NCBI GenBank assembly: GCA_051362555.1
Contig: CM120649.1
Coordinates: forward strand, 16,320,567-16,384,566
DNA from: Lingula anatina
Taxonomy: Eukaryota > Animalia > Brachiopoda
Length of the DNA stretch: 64,000 nt
Reading direction: 5' to 3'
The notes beneath the pieces are model-generated. The model was not told the DNA's origin. It saw nothing but the letters and a program-made list of their open reading frames with translations, and searched no databases. This document shows positions 38,563 through 54,347 of the stretch, in pieces (the first letter of the stretch is position 1; every line of letters begins with the position of its first letter). The position numbers and the translations under genes were made by a program.

Positions 38563-41243
38563 TTTTTCTGGTATATTTTATCCCCACTTTTGACATTCAA
38601 ATTTGTTTCCACCACACTGCCAAAACCTCAGTCTCTATCAAAGTGTCCACCCCACTCTCCGTTCACTATTAACAGTTGACCACGAGAACTCATCCCTCTC
38701 GCCTACGCCGTCCTCCCCCGCCCTCACGACGTTTTTGTTCGCTATGCATTGTGGTCGCTTTAAAATAACGTGTAACAGGCGCTGCGGTCTCCGTGCACCT
38801 ACCCCTGTCATTTTGGAGTAGAATAAATCATAAATAATTACAGCCACAAGAGCTAATTTTGTCAACGACACTTTCTCCTATTCATGTATTATGACGTACG
38901 GGTATAATCACATGTCTTGCCTTACTTTCGTGTTTTTGACCTAGATGTAGACTGTGTACGTCTTTGTATGTTATTATTATGTTTACCCAAGGAATTTCAA
39001 CAGTTAAAACTCCTTGGTTTACCTTCAAGCGGAGGGTCGTGAATGTCACTACCGGATATTCATCTGATCTATTTTGGGAGTTTAATAACATGTCTGTCGG
39101 TTAGTAGTCAAATTTATTTACGCGTACTCAATTACAAACAATACACCAGTAACTTTAGCATTAAAAAGTGTGTCAACACCTTGAGAGGATTTCTAGTTTA
39201 TTGCTAATATCATTGCCTTTTAATTTTATTTGATTTCATTTTACTAGATTGGTATCCGTCATACTATTTTAAAGTAAGATTTATTTACTTTCTAAAGATT
39301 TTTCTGTTTAAATATTCGAAGGTGGGTATTCATAATTGGACTTTTTTACTCCATATGTCTCCCCGACGGACTTGCATTTCCCTCTACAAGATTGATTTTT
39401 CACAAGATATTTTCATGTACCAGTTATGTCTCCCGCAAATTATTTACGCGTTTTTTTTTCTACTGCCCATCGAAAATTAATTCTTGGAAATGACTGTAAC
39501 CTTTAGCTGACCTCTAATATAGAATAGTCTTGGACACTGTAGTGAAACAGAAAGTAACTCCTTCAGTCATCGTTTCAAAATGTAGTATTTTTCCTTGTGA
39601 CAGGGCACATTGCATTTAGGTCTACTGGCAATAAGATTCTGGACAAAATAGATTTAAAGAAAATACCTTTAATTAAAAGTATTGAAATAATTTTATTAAG
39701 TTCTTGTTGAAACAAAATCATCACATCAGTATTTGGTCAAAAAAGTAACCTCAAATGGCAACATATATTGTGCTGCCAGCTGGCGGTCGTTCGCTAAGTT
39801 AAATTACTATTCGTACATTGTACTATTCATACAAACAGGCATGTGATTGAAACATTCCCTTCGTGCCAAAATATACACAAAATTGACAAATAAACATGGT
39901 GGTGTGAAGAAACTGAGAGTTAGTGTGAAAGCCCCCCCCTTTCATTAGATTCTTACAGGATTAGGGCACATGTACACGTAAGATGGTGAAAATCTATGAC
40001 GGTTTCTACTCTAAAATCGACTTGGGCGTATCGAAGACGTGCCAGTGTATTTTAACTTAAAGATGCTTAAGTGAGCGTCAAATTTTCCATAAACTTCACT
40101 GTTTTAATGGTTTCTTTCCACCATTTAAAACATTTCCATTATAAGATTGGCTTTGTTTTCTACCAGTAATGTCAATAAATCGAAGCCAATTTTGCTCTTC
40201 ACCGAGACATTCTTCTCCGGTCCTCAGCTAAAACCTCCATTCCTTTGAGAGACCAGTGAAATAAATCAGAGAAAGGCCCGAAATAAGTGAGAGTCCCCAG
40301 CGGTCAGTGTAGGAGGCAATGAAGAAAGAAATCACTTGCGCAACACGTTTTAGGTGTAAGAGACACTCCCCGTGGTGACGGGTATAGATTTGTACTTCGA
40401 TGTGGATGTCTTTCTCCACGCGCATGTAATGAAATAAATTACAGGGATCCATTTCTTAAGGGAAGGTTTTTTTAGGTAATGTTTTAGACATTTATCCAGA
40501 GAAATACCAAAGGAGACTTGTGTTCTGTGCACACAGCCCGCACCGAAATTATTTGCCGAATATCTCAGTCGCGACACTTCAAATTTGAAAACATGTGCTA
40601 GTATATGTTATGTTTATAAAATTAAGTAATTGTGTTTTCATCAGTATATGCTTTCTTTTGCCTTTCGCCTGTTCAAGATTTTTGTTAGCGGCAGGATAAT
40701 GATAATACATATAAAAGCGAAGACAAAATTATAAAAAAAATATTATACCAATATACAATATGGTTCAACCCATGTAATTGCTGCATTTCTTGGTAATCAT
40801 TCATTAACAAAAGTTTCATAACGTAGCTTTAGGGTATTTTCACTTTATTGAGAAACAAAAAGGACATATAGCAGCAGTAACTTTTACTTAATTAAGCGAA
40901 GTGGAATTCACGCTTTTTGTAAGTCTGCATTGTGAAAGAGAGGCGATATTCTGTGGATATTACAAGTGAATTTGAAACTAGCATATTTCCTTGTCTTTTT
41001 TAATGTCACAAGCATGGTAAGACAGATTACACCAAACTACACGTGTTAAATAACGAACAGGGTTGATTTCAGGGAGCATTTACACAAAAACCTTCAACCT
41101 TTTGACTGTGATTCTAAATAAATCCATATCATTTAAGAAGAACGAAATATTTTCGAAACAAGAAAAAAGTAAAAGTAAAAAGCACAATGTTTGCGGCTCA
41201 GAAGTACATGTAGAATCGAATATTGGTTTCTTCAAATACCACC

Positions 41244-41276
<33 letters not shown>

Positions 41277-41952
41277 CACAATCAAGTTATGACAAAAGAC
41301 TTGTTGTAAATGACATTGACCAAGATACGAATAATTTGTTTACGGTTGCTTCTTTCAAAATTACTTTTTGTTTTTAAATTCCACGTGTTCAATCGCCTTC
41401 TGTCTGCATGCTAAGTTTTAAAGGAATATTGAATTTGATATGTTGGTTTATTTATGTAATTACAGTGAAAAAATAAACTAAAGAAGACATTAGAGTGAAT
41501 AACTTCCCAACACGTACAAACATAGCAGCAGTTCACTGTACATGTGCAGGTTGACATATAAAAGTTACATGAATAGGCGGATTTTATGTACACTGTACAT
41601 TTACATTATGTTAAAACATATACATTTTGCTCTATGTGAACATACTTGTACTTAATCATTTGAAGAATATATATAGTTCAGCATGTCCCTTCCGTGTTTT
41701 AGCCATGTACTAGGCCTAAATGTCGCTAGGTCTCCCCCCTCCACAGCGTGGCCATGGGGCACATAGATACATGTATCCAAAAACTGATATCTTGTAGCAC
41801 AGTTTACGTGCTGCAGAATTCAAAACGTGTTCTATCGGTGCGCTTCTCAGCGACAAACACGAAGTACATAGCAGAAGGTATTGGTACATGTATGTCATAT
41901 GGCACCAGGGTTTAGTTTGAATTCGCAATTAACCTGTGGCTCCTTTGTATTA

Positions 41953-44900
41953 TTATAACCCTAGAGTCGCTGCATGCTTCTTTGCTTTAAGTCTTAAGTC
42001 AGCAATACTCGAGTTTTTTGTCAGCGATACCGAGTAATCCACCGGACTTAGTGGCCCAAGACTTAGGCTTCCGTAAGAATGCGGGGATGCCGCGGCCGCC
42101 ATGAGCAAGTAGGGATTCTGGGTAAAGTGGGTGGGGTCAAACTGGCCCAAATGTGGCATGGCGTGAAGACGGTCCAAGGTGAGCCTCATAGAGGGCATGT
42201 TGATATATGGGGCCAGTCGGCAACTGTCGCCACCTATCGTCACCCCCGGCTGGATGAAAATGCCTGTAATGGAGAAAACGATTTTATTATACTGATAGCC
42301 TTATATGTTCCCGGTTGTGCATCTCAGTGAATCGTATTTATAACATGAAAACTCTCATGATTAAAAACAAACAGATTCGTGACTTAAAACATGGTTCACA
42401 CGGAACACTTATAGAAAGAGGACAAAGCTTAATATTAGACGTACAGTGACACTACTTCCACCGTTACACGCGGTTTTAGTTGACAACAACGTGTTCGCAA
42501 AGTAAGATAGCCATTGCATAAATTATCGTTAAGAGATATTTGGGGTCTTTTAAATATCAATTAATTTAGGGGTACAGCTGATTAATATAAGTAATGCCAG
42601 AAATGATTTTCTCAATTAATTCAGTAAAATATTATAACATCACCAATGATGCTACCCAGTATTCGTAAAATGGAATGTCATTTCTTCCCAAAGGAAGCTT
42701 TACACTGATTTAATTCCAACGTGCTTCGATTTTTTCCAAAATATGTGTTAAGTCTACCGGTGTCTCTACGCGACAGCAGACGACAATTAGATTCCCACGT
42801 CTGCGCTTTTATGTAAGTGGAACGCTCAGCGTAAGAAAGAGGATGTCACTTTTTCGTCTCATAACTTTCATCTAACTCCTTACATCCTATGTACTTAAGA
42901 TTAACTAATGGATGAATTACGCTGATTGAATTATACATCCCTAATTCAATGTGCATCAATTTGCCCAAAGTGGAATCCTGACAGCTTTTCAATCATTTGT
43001 AGCGGATTATTGGTATTATATCGAGAGTGATGCAGTTTACATAGGATGGAAATGACATGCCAGTAAATGGAGATGCTACCGAACAGTTTACTGAATAAAC
43101 TTCATTTGCTTGAGAAGTATTACAGTCTACAGTACTACGCCGCCTGCAGAGAGACAAATCACCGACTACCCAACACATGTATTTCTCCTATTTATACATG
43201 AGTACTAAACCTGCACACAAATAGTAAGCTTAATCTTAGGCAACAAGGTTTTATGATGATTATTATTTCTTTCAATATGAATAAAAAATCAACCAAAAAT
43301 ATCGTGAAATCTCAAATCACCTTTTTGCACCTGGCTTTCTTGTTTTCTGCACTTCGCTCTCCTGTTTTGAAACCATACCTACAGAAAGAACAAGAAAAAT
43401 GAATACTATAAGGTTATAGGAACAGATGGGTATAAGTCACATGTCATATAACGCAGAACAAGTGAAGAAGCAGCAAAATTAAGTCAACCACATCATATGA
43501 ACAGCAAATTGAATGGCCTACAGCTATACGTGTTACACGTTTGAGCAGGCTAAACATTTAGTTAGCTAAACATTTAGTTAGCTATACATTTACTTAGTGC
43601 CGCCTTTACCTTTGAAAACCCTGAAATGTACTGGGAACGTTAAATCACAATCTCGCTCACCAAAATTCATTAGGTTGTTCATATATTTTACATTTAAAAG
43701 GTGTCTATTCTGATTTAAAAAAAAAACGCTGTACGTTAAATATGGGTTCATTTATAGGGGTCAAACAACTGCTTGCTTTCCTTTTGTAAACGTTGATTTT
43801 GGATAAGCACATATAGAGATACTGTAATAAACTGTACAATTAGCATTGATAAAACAGTAGTGAATTTATCAGTACTTTGAGAGCATGAGCATTCACGAAT
43901 GCAAGACGAGGAAACTCCATTGCCAAAGTTTATCCAATATTTCTGATGAAAACAGTTCGCTCTAATGTAAACAAGCAAAAAAAATTATTACGACACAATA
44001 TGTGTTTATCATCACGCAATAAAATTAACCCCCACCCCCCACCCCCCCACCCCAAAAAAAGAAAACTAATCATAAGAAATTCACTTTTAACCGAAGTTTA
44101 TATTGATACCATTTTCTTAAATAATGATCTCTATAGCTCATCTTAGGACAGCGTACCGTACAGTGTATGTAGGTTTGGGGAGGGTGTACCAGTATGAGTG
44201 TAGAACGACCGACGGTTAAAGATGCATACAAAGTCATTTTTTGTCACAAAAGCCGACCAAATGCCAGCATATAGTTTCAAGTAGTATAACTAAGAGAATT
44301 ACCAAAAGGCATTGTTTAATTTTACCCGAAAATGATGTTTGAACAGATTTTTCTGCTAGCATTCTATGCTGCATGTCAATGGGGCAGAAAAGTAGGTCAC
44401 GGAAGTAGGTTAAATTTCCGACCAAAAATTTTAAGAAAGGAGCAGTGTAAAGCTCTTTTATGTCTGATCGAGTGATCTATTCAGTTTATCCCTTGGCATG
44501 TTGAATTTATTTGAGTCGTATAAGAAACTAGTAGAAGTGGTTTACATGTGTTACTGGGAATCCACGGTCCACCGATGCTCGGTTCGTATGTACCTTTAAG
44601 AAGTTGCGCCGGGCATTTTTGAAAGTGTTTTTCTATCTGCATTTTCCTTAAAAGCACTTCAATTGATGGTGGTACATTAAATCCGATTGAGAAAAGAAAA
44701 GAATATATGACTCACTTACAAAACGCATTAAAAGATATTTACTTTACAGATATGAGTATTAAGACTATCAAAGTACATTAACAGGGTTCTCATTTTTTAC
44801 AGCACATCATTCTAAATCACGTCATCAGGCAATGCCTTTATTTTCCATGAGGAAGACGGAAAAGGTACAGAGACATTTTCAACAGATACATGTACCAGTA

Positions 44901-47900
44901 TCTCACGTACCCCAATGCCATCTCTAAAAGATATAGAGAAGTATGCTTGGGCCGTTAAAATCGCACTTTACTTTAACTGCAATTTATAGCCCATGTCTTC
45001 ATGTCTTAAAGGACGTGACGCGGTCAACACATATATATTAAGCGTCAATAGCGAAGGAAAATGTCAAAATAATCTTACCATTTTCCCAAACCAAATATCA
45101 GAAACAATCTTACAACTTCCATTCTCATACACACGGCCATCCACTCACGGTGTATCTTCCGTAACCTGATTAAGATTAATAGATGTATTGATAATGCTTA
45201 GTAATCCACTTAACTGCCCCGATGCATTCCTCAGTTATTAAATTAATTTTACGCAGTAGCGGTGGGGATTATCCACCCTTTTCAATGTGTGACCCGTAAT
45301 TGCATTAGAGAGCAGGTTTTTTCTCGAGGTGGCAGGTCTATTTCGACTGATATGTTATGATTGCAACTGTTTCCAAGTCTTTTAATGATTCGAGCGATTT
45401 ACTTTTTTCAAGTAAAAAAACTGGCTATAGATTTACATATAATAAGAACGTTTTATTCCATGGGTCATATCTGAATTGGACGAAAGTTACACGAAAACCA
45501 TTATACATGTACATGTATATTTTCCTGTTTAACATCGGTCGTTCTTTTAACTGAATCAAATATTTCATTTGACATGTTTGCTGAGCATATTTAATTTTAG
45601 ACTAATACAGTAATTGGAACTATTTTAATGTGTGCTAAACAAAAATGCCTAAAAGCATTTCTAAACTCGGCCCAAAATTACGATTTTGACGTAAATCAGC
45701 AACTGATCATGGCACAGTAGCCACGTCATTCTTACTATTCCAAAATAACCACCCTAAGTCCCTTTATTTTTCCAAAGGAGGTGAAAATATGTGTAAGTCA
45801 CACGGACACTCCCCAATTGCCAAAACTGCCCCATAAATATATTTTCCAAACATCCACCCCACCCCACCCCACCCCCGCCCTTGGTATACCAGATGGGTCA
45901 GTTATAAAAAGGTAAAGATGATATCTATCACTTATTTCACTACAAGGCATCTACTTTCGTAATCATAACCATCATCAGTCTCGTCAGACCTGCAGGATAG
46001 ATTTTGTATTCAAGTATTCAGCAAAGTGTTGAGCTTATTCCACTTTCGCACGTCTCTCGCCGCCGACCCCGGGCCTACAGGGTCCTGGTGTTGAAGATAA
46101 TTAAATTTATTGTCCAATACGACATAAAAGCAACATTAGGCGTAATCAAATTATCAATCAATTTTGAGAATTGGGCCTACAAATAAAGAAGTTCCCCTCC
46201 AATTTGTCTTTCAAACCTTAATGTAATTGGTTAATATGTAGCCGTGGCCCCGCGGGAGCCGGTGAATGCGAAGTGTAAATAATGGAAAAAGAGAGCTCTT
46301 TCGCTTGTCCTTATAATCCAAGCCACTTCGGGAGTAACGAACTGAAAAGAAGTAGCTGTATTGATGAAACTGTCGTGACGTAGCATAGTTTGGAATCGCT
46401 TGTACCTCGCGTTTAAGCTTTGGCATATCCTTAACGTTTATGCAACACAAGTTGAAATCCTTGTGACTGCAAGTGCTTTGAACTTTGTATTATAAAATTA
46501 ATTTTTGTTATGAATGTGTGAAATAGTACCCTGTGCTTCAATGAACTTTTCTCGACACATTTATTACGATGTTTAAATAATCTTCCTCTGCTGAACATTT
46601 TGTATTGATGAGCGGCAATATCGGTGCTAGAGCAAATTTATGAATATATCCCGCGTGACATAAGACCTTTCAAGGTAACTGATATTTTGAAAAAGTAAGT
46701 AAAGCCCACTTTATTCTGGTTAAGAAAAATAAGAAGGAATTAAAACATGCGTGTACTGCATTTAAATTGTTTACTTTTTCGGATTATTTATTAATTTAGC
46801 AGTAAACTAAATTTCAATTTAATATCTCATCGTGCCCAGATCTTCATTCAAGGCAACTTGTGCTTGCACGTGGTTGCTGTTACGCGTATTAAACAGACAG
46901 CAGAGAAACCGCTAAACTCCAGGTAAGCGAACACATTCTGGCACCAAAATATGAACTTATAGACTCAAGGAATTAGTTTCAAACAAAGTAGATGTAGCCA
47001 TCCAACTTACCTAAAATCAAACACATTCATACGTTTACGGTATCTACACATACACATACACATACGAAGTGTGTTTCAGAATTTTACTACAAATGAAATG
47101 GCAAGAAAAAGACACTTTATTACCAGGAATATGGCACTTGCAAAGTACCATTAGATATGTCTCCAACAGAGTGAGAGTGCATTAGTACTACAGTGATTTT
47201 AATCAGCTTAATCAATTTGTTTCTGACTTTACTTTGGAATAATTAAAAAGTCATAAAGAAATACATAATCTACGGATACAAAAGGTACATGTACATTATC
47301 CAAGGGTACAGAGCACATGCCTGTATAGTTTACTTTTTCGGCCACTGTTTAATTCAGATATTTTCGAAAGGCTGTGCCTCTTTTAATCAATGTAATGGTC
47401 ATTAATAACGAACTGTGATCACTACTTTCTATTCACTTTTTTGTTAGTTTCCGTCTACTTAATGTCGCCTAAAACAACTAAGAAGAAGTTGATAAATCAC
47501 ATTAATTAGCGCGATAATTTTGTTTACAGCGAGGTTTTCAGTTTTCTTTCGTCCCTATAAGCATATAACGGAAACTTTAAATAGAAAATGGCATAGAAAT
47601 GGCATAATTGTTATGCATCTTCGTTTTGCAAATGTATCGCCAACAAATGCACGGATCATACAAGTATATGTAACTACGTGAGTTTTTTCGCGTTTTTTTC
47701 CTGCGATTCTTTTAATCCGTCCATGTGTCTCTTTCCTTACGCTCCCTTTTACGAGGTACACATCAGAGACGCTAGGCACAGGCTTAGCAGAAAACTTCGT
47801 CTGAAAAAAATTTGGATCGATGTACCATCTCCCCGTTGGCCATACTTCTATCCACTCCGACGTCCGCCGAGCCTTAAGATCATGAAATGCTAATTCAATT

Positions 47901-50900
47901 TATTAAAGCCGAGTCAATCTCCTAGTCAGCGTTCTATGCGCTTATTAACAATTCATCGAGTTATTAACACCAGTTCTGTGTCTGCTCACTCCGCCAAGGT
48001 ACAGTTAAAGGTTTGATTTATTAATCGTATGAAAAAGACGATGCCGCTAATGCGTCCTGAAAGCATGCGCCATTTATGTAATTACACCACACTGGAGGAG
48101 CGGAGAGAAATTGACGTTTGATTATTAATGAAAATGAATTGTCGACTTTCTATTGACTGTTGAAAATTGGGGGTTTGATTTATGTCCAGCAATAGCTCCA
48201 AGATTTTAATACTTCATTGGTATGTGGCACTTTAAAACATATATGCGCCAAAATAGCGCGTAGGAAGAAATACGAGCTGAGAAATATTTTCGTGCAATGA
48301 AATTATTGGATTTCGGATAAATGGGTGCACGTGCGGAAATCGTTGTTTTGTTACCTTTTTTGTGTCAAAGTTATGAATTTCTCATAAAACGCAGGTGACG
48401 CTGTGCACAGAAATGATGTGAGAGCTATTTTAGCAATGATATACATTCCTCTGAAAGCGCGGTGTTTATCGTGATTCGTCTGTTCAGGATTATGTTTCAC
48501 ATCTTTTTACCTAAAAACGGAAAATAAATGAACAGATAAAGAATTTTAGAGAAAGCTTTTAAATGATTATTTAAAAAAAGCTTATGGGATTTATTTTAAA
48601 ACCTCCTAAGCCAAAACAGATTCAGTGACGATTACTTTAACATACGGTCGAAAATCTTTTCTCTATTAATCCCATTTAACCTAATCTTTACCGCTTTCAT
48701 TCGTAAACATTATATTAGCAGATATCCTTGTTGGTATCGCTAGGCTCCATTAATTACTATATTTCTATTGTGTATTTTTGTTGATAAATTAAATCCTTTA
48801 TTTATTTATTCATTTATTCAAAAACTTTAGTTTAAGAGTGCCAGCGCATTAAAAAATAATGTAAATATTGTTCATGTTTATTTCCAATTTATAATCTGAA
48901 ACTAAGGAACCTCACTGGGTGAACGTGACGGTTACGCCGCCCTTTTTTATCATTTCATATTCAATCATTTATCCCATTAGGCAAGACTGAGACAAAAAGA
49001 AGATAAACTTTTGTGCTTTTCTCATGAGGTCTTCAAATGTCATCCGCTGCAAAAGTGTTCTAAATACTGAAATGAATACATACATTCATTTTCAAAATTT
49101 GATATTTTATTCTAAATTAGCTCAGGTTATCTAAAGATGATTTTCTTTGATTTCATCAATGAGCTACACACTTGTACACAGGTTATTGCTTTTATCTTTA
49201 TCTGCGATGCCGATGCACATTTTGACATTGGAAAAAACTATGTAACAATAAAAAAAAGATCAAAGAGTCCGAAAAATGTCTCTGCTGTTTTTCTACTCTA
49301 ATCCATTGTGAAATGCACCAAATGTCACCACTATCCACATAGTGGCGCGTAATTGAATATCATTTCTCTTTTGTTTCGAATTCTCCCTCTTTGCGTGCTG
49401 GAAATACGAAATGTGTAGACTGAATTTCCGTTGTCGTAAATTTAGTTTCTCGTTTCTCACGATGCGTACATGTAAAATGTTAACTCAAAGGGGCATTAGG
49501 TAACACTACAGAGACAATATAATGTACATACACAATGGAGTGAGTTTAGGAAATACTGATATTATCTCATTAGAAACATTTGGAGAACCTGTACTTTCAC
49601 AAACCATCCAGTTCTTTGTAAATTTGCATGAATACAATGAAAAATAAATGCATGACACAACAGTCTTGTTTAACAAATGAGCCTAAATAATTAACTCACT
49701 GACAGACAGACTATGTGTGAGATAATACACTGTCACCCGAGCGATATATGCCATAACACCTCGAGCGTCAGCGAGAGGTGTTCATGGCATATATCGCGAG
49801 AGGGTGACAGTGTATTATTTGACATACATACCGAGAAAAAATACAGTCATTTCATCTTGAAACACCCCTAAAACCGAATAAAGTGATCCTATATCACGCT
49901 CTAGAGATGTTATACGGAATAAACTCTTCCACGTGCGCTAGTCATCTCCCGCCAAATTCTTACGTAATGTCTGACCAATTTGGTCAATTTTTGCTAAATA
50001 CTTTTCGTGGACGTTCAACTGGCCTGAAAAGTATTTAATCAACCGTCGACACTGACCATGTGCGTCTCAGCTGAGCCACACCTAGCTGGGACTGCTGCGG
50101 AAAAAAGGTCCCGAGGCAAAACCTCTACTTTTTAGTGACATTTCTGATAAAAACCGGAATATAGTCAAACTAATTCTTCACAAGTGCAAAGGAGAAAGAA
50201 ATTTACTTTTTGGAGATATTTCTGACAACGAGGCAATTCGGAATATAGTCTAAATTGACGGATGTTTATTACAAGTTCACGGGAGTAATAATTCTAGTTT
50301 TTTATTGTTATTTCTGACGACGAGGCGGTTACGGAATATAGTCAAACCAAACGGATGTTTATTTCAAGTCCACGGGAGTAATAACTCTACGTTTTGGTGA
50401 CATTTTTTACTACGAGGCGGTTTCGGAATATACATATGCTGGTTTTCAGAGTATTCATGTGCTACATGTTATTACAAGTTCAAAGGGGGAATACATTTGA
50501 TTTTTACTGATATATCTGATAAAGAGGAAGAATGAACAGCTTAAAAACAAAAGGTAAATAACACAAATCTCGTTAAAAAGTAATATTTACAAATAATTTG
50601 AATACACGTGTGGCTTAAATGTAAACTAATTCCCGTTTTCAAACCATACCCATATGATATGAATTAGGGTAATAAAATGATCAATAATAATTGTTAAACG
50701 TGAAAAGTTAATGCTAATTTTTTAAGAGTGTGAGAGATTTTAAATTTGTCTACTGGTAGGTGTATAACCAGGGGTAATCCTAGAGAGGGGTAAGAAACGT
50801 CCATCGTTCTCGTCAGTGAGGCTAACCAAATTCAGGGTATGTACGCACAGACAGAAAACCATGTATTGTGGGAACGTTACTAATGAAGCCACTGGTAGTT

Positions 50901-53202
50901 CTAGTAGATATCAGTCTGTAGTCTTGAACAAGCACCTCGATGACGAGTGAACAGTTGTCAAAAACAAAAGACCCAGGTGTGGTAGATCGACTACTGTTCG
51001 CACGTGCCGCAAAGACCAAGCCTAACTGCCCCTCAAGGTCACAAACTAATATCCGGTGCTGACGGTTAGGCTCGTCATAATCATATAAGTAGCGCGTTTC
51101 CACCCCCTGGTACAACGTAAGCAACGTGCATATTCTCTTGATGCCAAGAAGATCACATGATCACTCTGTCTTTGGCTTTCAGCATTTAAGAGACCTCGAC
51201 TGTTTTAACCAAGATGTAGTCGTGAAATTCTAGACTAAATTGAGGTTAAATCCGAGTTTTCCGAGAGACGCTACGCAGAAATGCCGAGTGAAGCGAGACA
51301 TTTTTGTGTAGCGGCTCGAGGTTGCCCTTGATCTTCACTGAAGCTTGGCTAAGTGGACAGGCTTCAGTGATCATCATATCGCCACGGTCATATAGCATCC
51401 CTAGGTATGTATAAACTCTTATACCAGACGTTAACATACAAGTAGACACCCCTGTATATGCCCCTCCTCTTCTCTATTTTTAAACCCTTAGCTTATTACG
51501 ACTTTTGACAACTTCCCGATTGTCATCAAATATAATGCAGTTTATATTTAACAGGATAATATCTTGAATTGTCAATTCTTAAAGCTTCCTTTTTTACCCT
51601 TTAGGATATCCTGCATGTGCCCAGGGGAAAGTGACATCCTTTCAATGTAATGAGAATTTGCTTGTGCTCAAAAGTTGCACTTTTACGCAAGGTAAAAGTG
51701 CAACAAACACTTGTAACTAACTCGGATTAGGTCCAGCTAATTCATGTCGTCTCTCAATGTCTGTTCATGGGGTATAAAAATATCTTTATTTGATATTCAA
51801 AAGAAAAGTGCAGTGGTCCCTTCATTTCAGTAAATTGTTTAAAGAAACAGGGAATTTTGCTGATTGTATTTTTATTTATAATTATTATTATTTCTGTATT
51901 TGTGTCCACCAAAATCTCGTGCGTATGCTGTCACGTGCAAACACGTACCTGCACGCGCGCCTCCGACAGCCCCAGTCTCTGACTCAACTCTTCTCTCATG
52001 AAGGCGTCCGGGTAGTGGGTCTCGTCAAACAGTCGCTCCAGCTCTTGTAGCTGCTCCAGGGTAAAGTTAGTGCGACTTCTCCTCTGCTTGATTTTTGGGA
52101 GGTCTTCCGAGTCGGAATGTGAAGGTTCGTGATTGGGAAACTCACAGATGTCTTCTTCCATTACTGAAAAAAAAGACCAATTGTATAATTATTCTGTGGT
52201 AATGAAGGTCTCATGAAAGTTTGAGAATGTTCGCATAAAAATGAAAAAAAAAGAAAAAAATTATCCTCGTAAAGACTTATTTGCCTTTAAATACAGCTCT
52301 TTAAATACACATGGCGACATTTGACATTTTGTGGAAAAAAAAAAAGAAAAATGAACTCTGAATCAGACTGATGACAGCGTTTTGATATTTGAGATGCAGT
52401 TTTAAATTTCAAGTTTATAACATCTGTTTTTATATTTTCAATTCAGAAGAATTGCTCCTTAGTAACGCGTTTAATTGAATACTACGAACGCCCTTTCGCA
52501 GACAGAGAGGGCTAGAATCGTCTTGAAAGATTAATTTGTATCATTGCTGATTGTTAATTATTTGGACTTCCCTACGTATATAACAATGCTCCTCTAATTT
52601 ACTATTTTTTATTTTATTTATTTATTTTTTATTTTTATTATTTATTTTTTTTTTGGGGGGGGGGGGGAGGGAGGTAAAACAATGAAAAGCTTCGTGACTA
52701 CGCGTGGACATTTTATGGCTTCCGCACACGTGCGCGAAATCATAAGCGTGACATGCACGCGTACGATTTATGTTCTTCGCGGCTTTTGAACCAACAGACT
52801 ACAAAATCCGTGTTGATAACCTACTAGACCGCTACCCCCGTAAAAGGAGGGGTTTAATTAGATTATAACAAGTAGACCTGATGGTTGATTGATCACTATG
52901 GTATATTCACGTGTTAATTTGCTAATTACATGGTCCTATTTATATTGGATCAATCTTGGCTCCTTAATCCCCTGGGGGTATAGCGAAAGTTACATTTGTT
53001 TAAATACTTTTCCCGTGTCACGTACCAATATACCGTATTGTACGGAACACAAACTAGAACGGCCGCGGATTTTAGGATAACACGATAAATTATTCACTTG
53101 AAATATTGAATGATAACGGCATTATTTCAATTAGAGGGAACCGCAGAAGAGCGCAAGTTTTTGTTGTTTATCTATCAATTTTCTTATTCCTGCATTTACC
53201 AC

Positions 53203-53253
<51 letters not shown>

Positions 53254-54275
53254 GTTATTTATTTATTTATTTTCTTTAACAACAGTATGTTTGCAGTGTC
53301 ATGTGTTTATATCCACATGAATTTCAACACCCACTCCTTTCTAACCATGACAATAGCCAGTAGTTTCACCCTAATTAATTGTGTATTAATAGCACAACTT
53401 CTCTTGAACTAGTCCCCTACTTGTAAACGTACATCACTCACGTGCTTGTATGTATTTACACTGTATTTTACCAACATCTAAAATAAGTCAGGTAGAATAT
53501 CTGTGACGATATTCCGAGTTCAAGCACTGTTTCGGACTTTAGAAATTTAATCTAATTTTTAATCTATTTTTAATTGAAATTGGAAGCAAGGAGCGGCTGC
53601 TTTCATATTTTTTTTTTCAAAAAGATGACTGGGTCAAAAGAATATAATATAATATATAGAGACAGGCACAATTATATCAAAATTAATTAAATGCAAGGTG
53701 TTATCAACACTAGAATTCAAACATAATGCATTGACTTATTTCGTGATTAAGGTTGAAAAAGCATATACCTATACATAATAAATTGGCTAGTTCTGCAGAT
53801 ATATACGGATGGTTAAGATTATTGACGTAATTGTTCTAAAGACAACATGTGACAAAATAAAAAGAAAAAATGAAATCATACTCGAGGTCTGCTGACCAAA
53901 ACACTGGAAATAAAGAACTTCAACCTGAACTTGATAAATAATCTAGTAACAATGTGCTATTTTAAGCTGATGTGTTAAGTAAACGCGTAATCAATTTATC
54001 TCCATCAAACAAATTTGACTCTAGAATTGTATATGCCAAAAAAAGCGTATTTAATTCATTTACAGGTACAGAATTAAAAATTAAAAAACTGATTTACAAA
54101 AACTAGCCCAGCATGACACAATAACTAAAACTATTTTTTATTCTATCAATTTTTATTTAGTGTTGCTGTGTCTTAATAAAAAAAAACAAACAATTTAAAT
54201 TCTTTATGAATATAATTAGATACGATTATGCTATTGTGCGTGGACTATTCAGCAACCTTGCCATTTTTATACTTC

Positions 54276-54347
<72 letters not shown>

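Noticed and set aside
50120-50535. Repeat-spacer appearance resembling a CRISPR array
   Set aside because: The whole unit is repeated and degenerate with no unique spacers, there are no cas genes, and the context is a eukaryotic intron.
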